This document shows, in pieces, positions 11,938-23,160 of a DNA stretch of 64,000 nt. The notes beneath the pieces were generated by a model that did no database searches, was not told the DNA's origin, and saw only the letters and a list, made by a program, of their open reading frames with translations. The DNA is from Octopus sinensis. Lineage: Eukaryota. Both the position numbers and the translations under genes were made by a program. The stretch spans positions 199,454,001-199,518,000 of the forward strand of contig NC_042997.1 in NCBI RefSeq assembly GCF_006345805.1, in the 5' to 3' direction. Numbering within the stretch: the stretch's first letter is position 1; every line of letters starts with the position of its first letter.

Positions 11938-13624
11938 TTGATGCTGATAAAACATTAACTACTACTTTTGCATACAAATTTTGTTATGGATGCTCGCTTC
12001 TACCCAGGAATATTTGAAAGGATTTCAGGCATTTTAAAAGTTATAATTTTCTCTCTTTTCTCTCCTGTCTTTATTTCATTCTCTTTTTTTTTGTTCCCAC
12101 TCTAAAATTCATTTTAAAGATGAATTTTTTTTTCTTCTTCTAAATATTGGTTATGGTTTTATATCTTAATAGCCTAAATTATATGAATACTTTCAGTAAG
12201 AGAAACGAATGTTCAGGGGCTCAAAGCAATTTATCATTATGTAATTCTTTTACACCAAAATATTTCATATTAAAAATTTATTATTCTATTTAGATATTAA
12301 AATGAATGATTGCCTGCCATCTTTTCTCATATCATCTAATTAAACTAATGTTTTATTTTGATTTTTTTTTCTTTTGTTTTGCAATATTATGTTTCATGTA
12401 TTTTAGTGCAAAAATATCATTTCTTGGATTGAATTTTAAATTTCTTCTAAAACAAATACTTGTGTGTGCGTGCGTATGTATGTACGTGTGTGTGCATGTG
12501 TGACATGTAAACACATGCATACAATTATTTTTGCTGCTCCTGTTGCTGTTGCCAAGTATCCCCTACTTGAGTAGACTTTTGCCATAGGTATAACTGATGA
12601 AACTATTAGGAACAACTGACAGATCCAGAACTCCAGGAATAAAATGTCCAGTGTATCAAAATAGGTTACACTTTTGTATTTGATCAACAATCTCACAATG
12701 ATTAAGCCATAATTACTTTGGGGAAATTGTCTAAAGATTTCCTACCTGCAGTTTTCATTTTAAAGATGGTTGAGAATTTTTCTTTAAAGAAATTTAGATG
12801 CTGCAATGGACAGGTTGAGTAAACTAAGTAAAATTCTGCTTGCTGGTATAATTTTTCTCAACTGAGAAGATTTCTAAAACGCATCATTGACTGCTTTTCA
12901 TTATTTTTTGCTAAATTATTTGAAGAAAAATAATTTATTCATTCCTTACTTAATTTTATAGGATATGAAGTTTTCTCTGATATAAGTGGATACACTTATT
13001 AGTTAAAATGTCTCTATGAACACATTGTTTGTGCACATATGTTAGTTTAAGCAATTGCTGTTTCAGTGGATATTTTTATTTCATTCTGTTTTAATCATGA
13101 TTTAATTAAAGTTTTATATTTTGTATGTTTCTGTACAATGTTTCAACTGTGTATGTTCTTGTTAAAATCATATAAATTTATAAAATTAGTGGATATTTAA
13201 ATGAGAACAAAATTCTAAAAAAGAATTTTTCATCTGTTTCTAATACAAGAGTTATTTCTAATCTAATTTGCATTATCAACATCTTATCTATTTGAATTTG
13301 ATTAAAACATTTGAAGAATATTCAGAAAGGTGTGTTTATAGTAATTAAGTCCTATCATCAGATGTAAATACTTAACATTCGACTGGTTGACTTTTTCTAA
13401 AATTTAGTTTCAATTGCAAAATATTCTTTTGTATCATTAACTATAGCAAAACACTCATTAAATTAAATTTGTGTATTTTGTATTCCCTACAACTTTTAAA
13501 TACATTAAATATTGGTTTTAATCGTTAGACTCTCTTAATGCATAACATTTCTCAAATAAACTCTTTAGAACTTTGTATATAACTTTGGAAAATATATAAA
13601 TAACAAACTAGAGCCCATAGATAT

Positions 13625-13925
13625 ATTGTCTCCTGTCATTCTGAGTTTTCTACCACTACTACAATGATCTCTGCTTCTCAGAATTAGCTCAATAGTATAT
13701 CACCTTAACCGAAATTCATCAAACATATTCATTTTCATCTCATTCTCACCCAAACTCCAGTAACCACTTTCTTAACCCACCATACCCACTAAATGTCAAC
13801 TCTTTGTAGTTCCCTGCCTACGTATGCTCCTCTGGAATCATAGACTTACAGATGTTCAAACTGAACATGGAACATATCAACCTGACCAGTCTATCAGGAT
13901 TATGGGTGCTGCCTCTTCTCATGAC
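13625..13925 (+). mobile_element. Decayed 3' end of a CR1-group LINE ORF2
   Basis: Residual peptides FYHYYNDLCFSELAQ and DLQMFKLNM resemble the CR1-group C-terminus (FYRY..G.CS.EL; DL..FK). A related fragment lies at 25175-25400. Confidence 0.5.
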
Positions 13926-14086
13926 TAAAATCTTCGTAACATGTTTTTGCTTTTAAAGAGTAAATGACAATTGGTGTGCATATTAGGAACTGGTTTACAT
14001 ACTCTAAACAAATGAGGGCTGAGGACAGGAAGGCTTTAGGTTATATAGGATTGTTTTTGTTCAGTGTGGTGATCTTTGCTGTGCCT

Positions 14087-14315
14087 GGTGAGCTGGCAGA
14101 AACGTTAGCACACTGGGCAAAATGCATAGCCGTATTTCATCTGCCGTTACGTTCTGGGTTCAAATTCCGCCAAGGTCAACTTTGCCTTTCATCCTTTCGG
14201 GGTCGATAAATTAAGTACCAAGTTACGCACTGGGGTCGATGTAATCGACTTAATTCCTTTGTATCTCCTTGTTTGTCCCCTCTGTGTTTAGCCCCTTGTG
14301 GGTAGTAATGAAATA
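14087..14315 (+). mobile_element. SINE family A (long tail)
   Basis: Colinear match to the copy at 1337-1569. Confidence 0.9.
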
Positions 14316-15762
14316 TATTATGAAAGCAATAGTGAGGTGGAGTAAAGAGTTCAACCTTATTTTCAGAATAAGACAATTTTCTGTAAATAAGAGTTAGATA
14401 AATTAACTCCAGTACTTTATTAACTCTGAAAGGATTTTAATTCAGAATACAGAAAGCCAGAATAAACACCACAGCTTTTTAATGTTTCTTTCATTTTGCC
14501 ATATTTACTTCGTAGTAGCAGTTTTAAAACTTGCAAACAAAATCATGAAACTGAATCAAGCAATCTGCAAATTATACCATTGCTATTTTGAAAAATCTAT
14601 AACCTTTACTTTACACTGTATGTAGTAATTAAACATTAAAAAAAAAAATGAATTTTCCAATTTATAAGTAACTTTATGAAAACTGACTTGATTAAACATC
14701 AATTTTCTTAGAAACAAAGGCACGTTTATGAAAGAGCTGGATCAATGTTCTGAGAACCAATTATTATTTCCGGAAACTTTCATAAAGGAACAATCTGAAG
14801 ATAATTACATTGACATTAAAAGCAGAAACAATTGAGAATATAAATTTCTGCTTTCTATTTTTAATTATTTTGTTTTGTATTAATTTGACTCAAGGAATTA
14901 TTTGAATACCATTTTAGATCTACATTTCTGATATTTTCCAACAATTGTTCCATGGATTTGAATTGCATTATGTTGCTGATGTAGGCTTGAAAACGACTTA
15001 TATTTATCTTCGTTCCATTCATAAATTTAACAACATTACTCCACTTTCCTTGAAATAATAAATGGTTATTGTTTTTTACTTAATTAATTTTATTAAAGTT
15101 ATCTTCCATGAAGAGAAAAATATTAATTTTCATAGAAAGACCTAAAATGCAATTTCAGTTATCTTTCTAAAACTGTTCAGAAGTCTATCAGGATTTTATC
15201 AGATTAAAAAAAAGGGTAAAAAAACAAAACCAAACATTTCAATTGAATTTTATATTAATATCTCTGTTGTCTTATACTGAACAGTCTGCATGGTAAACAT
15301 ATTTCATTATACTAAATATAAAATATGATTTTAGAATGAAATAAGAGTGGATATAATCGAATTTGTGTTAGCTGTAAAATTAGCTGCCTTTGAAAATAAG
15401 AAAACTTTACTTAAAATCTTTTAATATATAAAAAATATATTTAGAGAAATACAAATTTGAAAGAATTAGCTTTTAAGTAATCAAAGAAGAAAATACATAC
15501 ATTTTGGCTTTTTTTAAATATAAATCATTTTCTTATTCTCGAAAGGTCTAAAAAACTATAAACTAGTTTTTTAGATCATTGAAACTTTATATTTTTAATG
15601 ACAATTTACTAATAGAGTTCTTCTTTGATATTGCTTACATATGGCTTTACTACAGTGGCCAAGGTCTAGTTCAATATTTTTCTGTTAGCATGAAGTAAAA
15701 TACTCTTATTCTTGGGTAATCCTCATTTATGTCAACTTCATTTATAATCCCACAATCCTCAA

Positions 15763-16490
15763 TGGCAAATTGGTAGAGTCATTAAAATATCAGGTGAAAT
15801 GCTTTGTATATTTTATTCTAGCTTAAGATGGTGAGCTGCCAGAAATGTTAGCACACCGGGCGAAATACTTAGTGGTATTTCATCTGCCGCTATGTTCTGA
15901 GTTCAAATTCTGCCGAGGTTGACTTTGCCTTTAATCTTTTCGGGGTCGATAAATTAAGTACCAGTAATCGACTTAATACCTATGTCTGTCCTTGTTTGTC
16001 CCCTCTATGTTTAGCCCCTTGTGGGCAATAAAGAAATAGGTATTTCGTCTGCCGTTACATTCTGAGTTCAAATTCTGCCGAGGTCAACTTTGCCTTTCAT
16101 CCTTTTGGGGGTCGATAAATTAAGTACAAGTTGTGCACTGGGGTCAATGTAATCAACTTAATCCCTTTGTCTGTCCTTCTTTGTCCCCTCTATGTTTAAC
16201 CCCTTGTGGGTAGTAAAGAAATAAGAAACGTTAGCACGCCAAGCGAAATGCTTAGCAGTATTTTGTGTTTTTACGTTCTGAGTTCAAATTTTGCTGAGGT
16301 TGGCTTTCATCCTTTCAGGGTCAATAAATTAAGTACCAGTTGCATACTGGGGTTTATCTAATCGACTAGACCCCTCCCCAAAATTTGGGGCCTTGTGCTT
16401 AGAATAGAAAAGAATATTTATTTCAGCTTATGTTCTGAGTTCAAATCCTGCCAAAGCCAACATTATCTTTTATCCCTTTAGGGAATCAAA
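15763..16490 (+). mobile_element. Nested/tandem array of SINE family A (three younger units inside an older copy)
   Basis: Units at 15826-16038, 16039-16223 and 16224-16415. A degenerate duplication of host sequence flanks them at ~15809-15825 and 16415-16430. Confidence 0.85.
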
Positions 16491-18534
16491 GAAGAAGGTA
16501 TGAATCTAGAGCAATGGCTTGGCAGAACTGTTATACCATCAGATGTGTTTACCTTGTAGTATTTATTTCAATTCTTGACATCTGAGTTCAAATCCCATCA
16601 TGGTCTACTTGACTGATAGACTTAATCTGCTACATAGTTTAACACTGGTACCAGGTTCTAGGGTGCCTTTAGCTGTGTCCACTTTATTGCGGATATTCAA
16701 GCCAGATCTCAGATTTAAAGGTATCTTACCCCACTTCTCTCTCTCTCTCTCTCTCCTATCTTGGAGACCCTGTAAAGGATCTTGGGCACCACATTTTTTC
16801 CCTAATTATGCAATAACACAAAAACCCTATTATTCCATAGATCAGCTCACCATACTTCAACATTTATTCACCTCATTCTGATCTATTTATTTTTAATTTT
16901 ATTTTTCATTCCATCAAAATAAACAAGATTATAATAACTTTGGTTACACTTTGATAAAATATTATTAGTGTTGAAAATGTGAGGTCAAAGGAATCTCAGA
17001 AATGGTACGCTTCGTTGTACCATCTGGTTTTGTTTTTATATATCTGGTGTTTGGATCCCTTGGCGATCAACTTTGCTTTCCTTATATCTGGGAATCTACT
17101 AATAAAATAACTACTGATAGATTACTGTAAATATCCTAATTGCTCCTAAAATACATGTGCTTCTTCATAAGAGTTAAAAATTTCCCTTTTCTATGAATTT
17201 GTGGTGAAAGCCATTATGTTCACTTTTGAGTAAGAGGTGAAACAAAAACTAGACTTAATGCTTTATTTCATATCCATATTCTCAAAAATCTCATTACTTA
17301 GATGAATAGCACTTATCACTGTGTAGTTTAGACTTGGAGGAAAAATTCTCTAATGTTTTTATGAGGCAAGACTGTTTAATTTGCAACTTCTCTGTATCCC
17401 TTGCCTGTTCATTTAACATCCATTTGGATACTCTTCCTGTTGCTGACCCAAACCTGTTCCTTAGCTATGGGTTTTGTATAAGTCACAGGTCTTCAGAAGT
17501 ACAGAAAATCTATGTATCATTTCAACAAGGAACCACAGCACTGCTTTTCTCAAATGGTACCGAGTGAAATATCAACATTAGCGTATATTCACACATACAT
17601 GTTTGAAAGCATGTGCTACTGTGTGTGTGTACAAGATAGGATTAATAGAGTTTCTGTTTATTAAATTCATTCACAAGACATTGGTCAGTCTGGGGAAGTT
17701 GTAGAAGACACTTGTCCAACGTACCACAACGTGGAACCAAGAAAATGCTAAATCTGGATCATATTGGACATGATTCAATGAGTAAAAAGATTTGCTCCAA
17801 TGCCCCCGCTTTGGCATTTATATTATTGGGTACCCTTCTTAATGCTAATCACTTTACAGGTGCTTTTTTTCGTGGCACCAGTACTAGTAAAGTTGCCCTG
17901 AAAAAAGCTAAGATCTGCTTAAAAGAGTGAGACTGGTAGATGCTAGATGTTGTGAGGTTAAAGCACAAAAGAATGGCTGAGAACAGGATTCTTGCTGTAG
18001 AGGAGATTCATGGTCATTTTGCATTATATAAGAGCAGATTGGAGAGATCAGAATGTGGCTGGAAAGCAAGTTGAGGACGGTAGTGATAGGATGTCAAAGT
18101 GAGACCAGGTACAAAAGGGTGAAGAATAGAAACAGTTTGGATAGAAGAGCTTGGATGATGGATGGGTAGAAGTTGCAAGGGTGTATGAGATACACCATTG
18201 ATGGTTAGAAGAGATGGAGTAGGAATAAGACAGTGGAGAAAGTGAACGGGGGAACAAAAGTGGATGGGTGGTCATCATTAAATATGAGTTAGAGGGATGG
18301 TACAAGGAGTGAAGAGCAGCAGAAGTAGAGATGGGAAGGAAGTGGTTCAGCAGAGAAAGGGACATGATTAGCACAGAAGGGTGATCAATGCAAAATATGT
18401 GTAGAGAGGGACAATACCATGAATGAAGAGTGAATTTCAAATGAAGTGATTGTGTAGTTAAGAAGCTAACTTTCTAACAAAAGCCACATGAGTGGGTTTG
18501 GTAGACAGAAACTGAAAGAAGCCCATCATGTATA

Positions 18535-19390
18535 CATCATTATCCTCATCATCATCATAATTTAACATCTGCTTTTCATGTAATGGGTAGAACAATTTGA
18601 TAAGGAACCAGTAAGCTGAAGGGCAGCATCAAGCTCTGTTGTCATCCTAGGAATGGTTTCTATGGTTGGATGCCCTTCCTAAAGCCAATCACTTTACAGA
18701 ATATATTGGCTGCTTTTTTTTTTGTGTGCCACTGGTACTATTGAGGATACTATGTGAATTGCAACACATCTCCCACTGCTAAGACGAAGTATTTTGGAGG
18801 GGATGGTGATGGTGAGTGGTTGTATTCAAAGAGTTGAAGGCTGAGGTATGTTAGAGGGTCAAGCAGAGGTGTCTTGCTGCAGAGGAGATACATGGCTGAG
18901 GGAGAAAAGAGGAATGTAGTGATAGAGTAAACTCTCAAGGAAGGAGACTTTGAGCATAAGAGAAGACATTGCATGGGGGGGGGGGTGAGAAAGTGGATGA
19001 ATTCATGGGAGTCTGAGGAAAGAGTAGACAGGGAGAAGTAGGGGTTGATGTAGTGAGTAATAAACAAAGGTGATGGTGCAGATGATGGGAAATACCAATA
19101 TGTATGGAGGTAAGGTGGGAGAAATAGGAGTGGCTCAGAAAGATGAGTAGAACAGAGTAGTAGAATGAGGTGTAAAGTGGTGGAGTTGTGTGGAGGGATA
19201 TATAGGGGGCTAAAGAGGTGGGTCATGATGGAAAGGCATTGAGAATGATAGACAAGTGAGGTGTATAGAATGGAATATAGCAAAAGGGAGAGAGAGAGAA
19301 AAAAGTGATTATTTGAAAGAGTGAGGGCAAGGATGATGAATGAGGGAAGCAGTTCTGGGTGGGGGTACTTTTTGGGAGAGGAGGGGATAT
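18535..19390 (-). mobile_element. Diverged retroelement 3' region: RTE-type (GAT)n tail preceded (on its own strand) by a long pyrimidine-rich tract
   Basis: GGATGCCCTTCCTAAAGCCAATCACTTTACAG tail motif followed by a purine-rich + strand block. The same layout recurs at ~17780-18440 and ~29465-30530. Confidence 0.55.
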
Positions 19391-19395
19391 ATGTT

Positions 19396-19555
19396 ACATC
19401 AACCCCAGTGCATAACTGGTACTTAATTTATTGACCCCGAAAGGATGAAAGGCAAAGTCGACCTCAGCAGAATTTGAACTCAGAATGTAGTGGCAGATGA
19501 AATACTGCTAAGCATTTTGCCCAGCGTGCTAACATTTCTGCCAGCTCGCCACCTT
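19396..19555 (-). mobile_element. SINE family A
   Basis: Reverse complement of the family A head and core. Confidence 0.88.
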
Positions 19556-20818
19556 GTTAAACCATTTCAATGCTGGTTTTATTTTGAATCCTCACGTTTC
19601 TAGTTTATCACTGTGTTCTAATCATTGTAGTTACATTCTGGACAAATAATTTTACTGTAATTAAGCCTTTCTCACCTTTATGGGATATAATTTGAAATTT
19701 GTAGTGCGTTTTACCATTGTTTCCTGTAGTGTTGCAATGTGTTTGCAGTGTTTGGTGATTAAATGGTTTTAATTCCGTAAAGGTGCTTTTATATCATTAA
19801 CGCTGCAGTGCAGAAGCAGAATGTTTAAATTGTTCGTCTTTGTATTTACAGAGTGTACATTTGTTGTGTTTGTGTGAAATGCTGGAACTTCTCTTTACAC
19901 TAGCATTGATATTCTGTGTTATTTGCTTTTAGAAAAAAAATAAAATAAATAACAGCCACACATTGTTTTCATTAACATGATTTGTTATGGGCTTTGTTAT
20001 TGCTTAAGAGAACTGTTTTGCTAATTCCCAAGTCAACTGTAATCCGGTAAACCTACGATCAAGGTTGTTTTAGCAATGACACATCACTTTAATGGTGGTG
20101 CTGTTCATTTACAACCATCACATGCAGCTACATCTAACATGTTGAGCAACCTTATAGAGGTTCTCTCGGGAATTTTGATGAATCATGTTTTATGTTTGTC
20201 CACTTTGCTGGAGTGTATTTCTGTTTTCAATAATCTTCAGATCTATTTGTGCAGAGTTGTTACTTTCACATTTCTTCCAAGCATGTAGATGTGTTAGTTG
20301 CTTCATCTATTTCTGTATTTTAAATATTGGTATTATACCTGGTATTCCAGGTATAAAGCCACCTTGCTTTTTTGGTATATCATACCCAGATTTAGATTAC
20401 TTAGAATATTCACTAATATTTAAGATTGTTGGTAATAAAGTTTGCAACTGGTTTTAACATATCAAGAAACTACACAGAAGCTTTCTTCGAGTGCTTATTC
20501 CAAAACACATTTATCATATTGATTTCAAGAGCACAAGAATATCACCTCATTATCTACAACCATCCTTTATTAAAATTATAATATTATGGATTACTAACTA
20601 CACCTTGGCAATGTAGATTTACAGTATTTATATATAAACTGTTTCTGACTGCTGATTGCCATCAGATATTTAATTCTTGGATATGTACATGGTCTGAGAT
20701 TGAATTCAAATCAGCCAAAGACTACATAAATACTCAAGCAGATGAGGTTAATAGCGTGGAAAAATTATAATTTCAGTAACAAAACATATCAGATAATTCT
20801 ATAATGTATTTAGGTTCA

Positions 20819-21210
20819 TCGCCAGAGCAGCAAGCTGACCTTCGTGCCGATGGCATGTTAAGCACACCATTCGAGCGTGATTGTTACCGCGTCGCCTTAC
20901 TAGCACTTGTGCTGGTGGCATGTGAAACATTGGAGCAAGGTTGTCGCCAGTGCCACTGGACTGGCTCCTATGCAGGTGGCACATAAAAAGCACTATTTGG
21001 GCATGGCCATTGCCAGTTCCACCAAACTGGCCCTCGTGCCGGTGGCACGTAAAAGCACCCACTAAACTCTCGGAGTGGTTGGCATTAGGAAGGGCATCCA
21101 GCTGTAGAAACACAGCCAGAACAGATTGTAGTTTGGTTCGCCAGACCTCAGTCAAATCGTCCAACCCATGCTAGCATGGAAAGCGGACATTAAATGATGA
21201 TGATGATGAT
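20819..21210 (+). mobile_element. RTE-type LINE 3' UTR fragment with four ~60-65-nt tandem units and a (GAT)n tail
   Basis: Repeated GCCAGT..ACTGGC..CGTGCCGGTGGCACGTAAAAGCAC units, then GGAAGGGCATCCAGCTGTAGAAA and (GAT)n. The RTE assignment is inference. Confidence 0.65.
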
Positions 21211-21391
21211 CTTTGTCTTAATGTCAATTTTTCTGCTCTCAAATATAGATGAGAATACAACAAAGTGGCAGCTGTAGGAGGAGTACTTGAACTCCTTTTT
21301 TTTTTTTTGCCAGATTTCTATTGAAATGCACTACATTTGTTTCAATTAGTTTTTTTAGAATAATGAAGACTTTAGAAAAATAACTGAGTCA

Positions 21392-21608
21392 TTCTTTTCT
21401 AATATAGGCATAAAACCTCAAACTGTTGAGGGAGAGGGCCAGTTGATTAGATCGACCCAAGTATGGAGCTGGAACTTAATTTATTGACCCCGAAAGGATG
21501 AAAGGCAAAGTTAACCTTAGTGGAATTTAAACTCAGAATGTAAAGACAGACAAAATACTGCTAAGCATTTCGCCCAGCGTGCTAACGTTCCTGTCAGCTC
21601 ACTGCCCT
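21392..21608 (-). mobile_element. SINE family A (short tail) inserted in an old piggyBac-like MITE (~21310-21755)
   Basis: Degenerate 16-bp TSD AAATAACTGAGTCATT (21378) / AAATAACCCAGTCATT (21609). The flanks resemble the MITE at 31346. Confidence 0.8.
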
Positions 21609-21939
21609 AAATAACCCAGTCATTGTTAAGATAATGTTTAGAAGAAATTAAATTGAAATTTTGATGGAAAATTTTAATTTAGATCATTTTAAAGCAAGAT
21701 GTTTGTATCATAGAACCAAGGTGGACTCAGGCAGACTGGTACGAACATGGCTAAATGATCCACAGAGTCACCACTATTTTAATTCGGTTCTGCTGCTTTA
21801 GATTAGACCAGTTGCTTTCAAAGATGTAGTAAAGTAAACTGCTGCAAGATATCTCTGGGAAGAAGAAGAGCAGTCATTTCTTTTTGTGTTGGATAAAATA
21901 TATATCACATATTAAAATGAACGATTGACTGCCAGGTTT

Positions 21940-22124
21940 CCATACACTGGTCTTGGGTAGGTGGGGTATTTTAAATCCCAGTTGTTTTTCATTCTTTTCG
22001 TGTAATCAATGGACAGACCATCTCTACCTCGTTTGTAGGAATTATACAGGTCTCGGTTCAATTCAAAAGTCCTTTGCAATTGCTCCTGATAGTTCCATAA
22101 CCTGCAATGGCTTCCTCCCACCAA
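21940..22124 (-). mobile_element. Possible N-terminal fragment of an R4/Dong-like non-LTR ORF
   Basis: Peptide ELNRDLYNSYKRGRDGLSIDYTKRMKNNWDLKYP resembles the recalled N..L..CY....GY..RM...W motif of R4-clade N-termini. Confidence 0.35.
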
Positions 22125-23013
22125 GTTTCTCGTCTTATTGTGTATCTAGTAGTACGCCATATGATAAGTTTTAGTTAATTTTCACTGCTTGGTTACTGCT
22201 ACAAGCTTCTCTGAAAACTTGTTTCTTTGCATTTATCCAGAGAGAAAAAAAACAAACTATTTTTTCATTTTTTTTTTTAGCCAAGCTTGTACTAATAATA
22301 AGTTTAAGAGGATGGTATTCATTACATGAAAGAGCAATAGTTGTCTAATATTGACATGACTGAATTCTAAACCATATTTGTGTGCGTGTATGTATTTCGG
22401 TGAGGGATGACAGAATCAGTATGAACACAAATGCATTGTGATATTTGTTTTGTTTATTCTCCTTTATAGCTACACTGATTGTTATTCATCTTTATGCAGC
22501 TCATAGAATATGTACAAAACTAAGAAGTGCCTTTGAGGATTTTTCCCCAGTGATGTTTACCATTTATTACAAAATGGAAGAATCAAAAGTTTTTTTTTTT
22601 TTACCTCAGTGAATTTCTCAAACTTGTTTGAGGAAAATCACAAAAGCATTGAGTAAAAAATGAAATTTTCTAGATTAAGTATTTTTACTTCAAGTATTTA
22701 GAATTCTCTCTACCGCATACATAAAGGTGAAAATTCTAATATTACACTATTTCTTTTAGATTAAAATGTTCAAATGTGAATTTGAATTGTGCCAAATGTG
22801 TTGTAATTAGTTGAAGGCTTTCTTTTTCAGTATCAATAATCATACAAACCCTATGATTGCAACAGACGATACTATCATAGACGATAGTTTGATTGCACAT
22901 AGATGAACGTTTATTTTATACTATGTCGTGTGCCTTCTTCATATATGTAATGTGTGTCTTATTTCTTTGTAAATAAACTTTCTCTCTTTCTTTCGTCCCT
23001 CTCATTGCCTTAG

Positions 23014-23160
23014 ATCATCGGAAAGCTGTGCAAATGTGGATCCTACCTGCTCCTCTCAAGATAGTGCTTTACTGTCGCTGCAGTCAGCTTCTGTTCCACA
23101 CCAGTCTGGCTTATCTACAAAAAAGACTTCATGGAAGCATCCTGTGCCTGTCAATAACAG
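23014..23160 (+). CDS. PDE1: Candidate alternative (cassette) PDE1 exon, 49 codons: SSESCANVDPTCSSQDSALLSLQSASVPHQSGLSTKKTSWKHPVPVNN(R)
   Basis: About 30-nt polypyrimidine tract plus TAG (23011-23013) and a CAG|GTGTTA donor. 147 nt, phase 2-2, stop-free in the frame required by both flanking exons, and more GC-rich than its flanks. No homology recognised. Confidence 0.55.

Noticed and set aside
7814-11977. Many ORFs of 60-262 aa rich in Y/I/M/C/V
   Set aside because: They are translations of TA/TACA microsatellite with no coding signal.
12623-12664. 42-nt open phase 2-2 segment
   Set aside because: No polypyrimidine tract precedes the AG and the donor is weak.
18048-19283. 130-aa and 177-aa minus-strand ORFs
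   Set aside because: They arise from purine/pyrimidine-skewed repeat DNA and give low-complexity S/L/P/H peptides.
20819-21060. CRISPR-like repeat/spacer appearance
   Set aside because: The DNA is eukaryotic intron, the units are diverged full-length tandem copies without unique spacers, and there are no cas genes.
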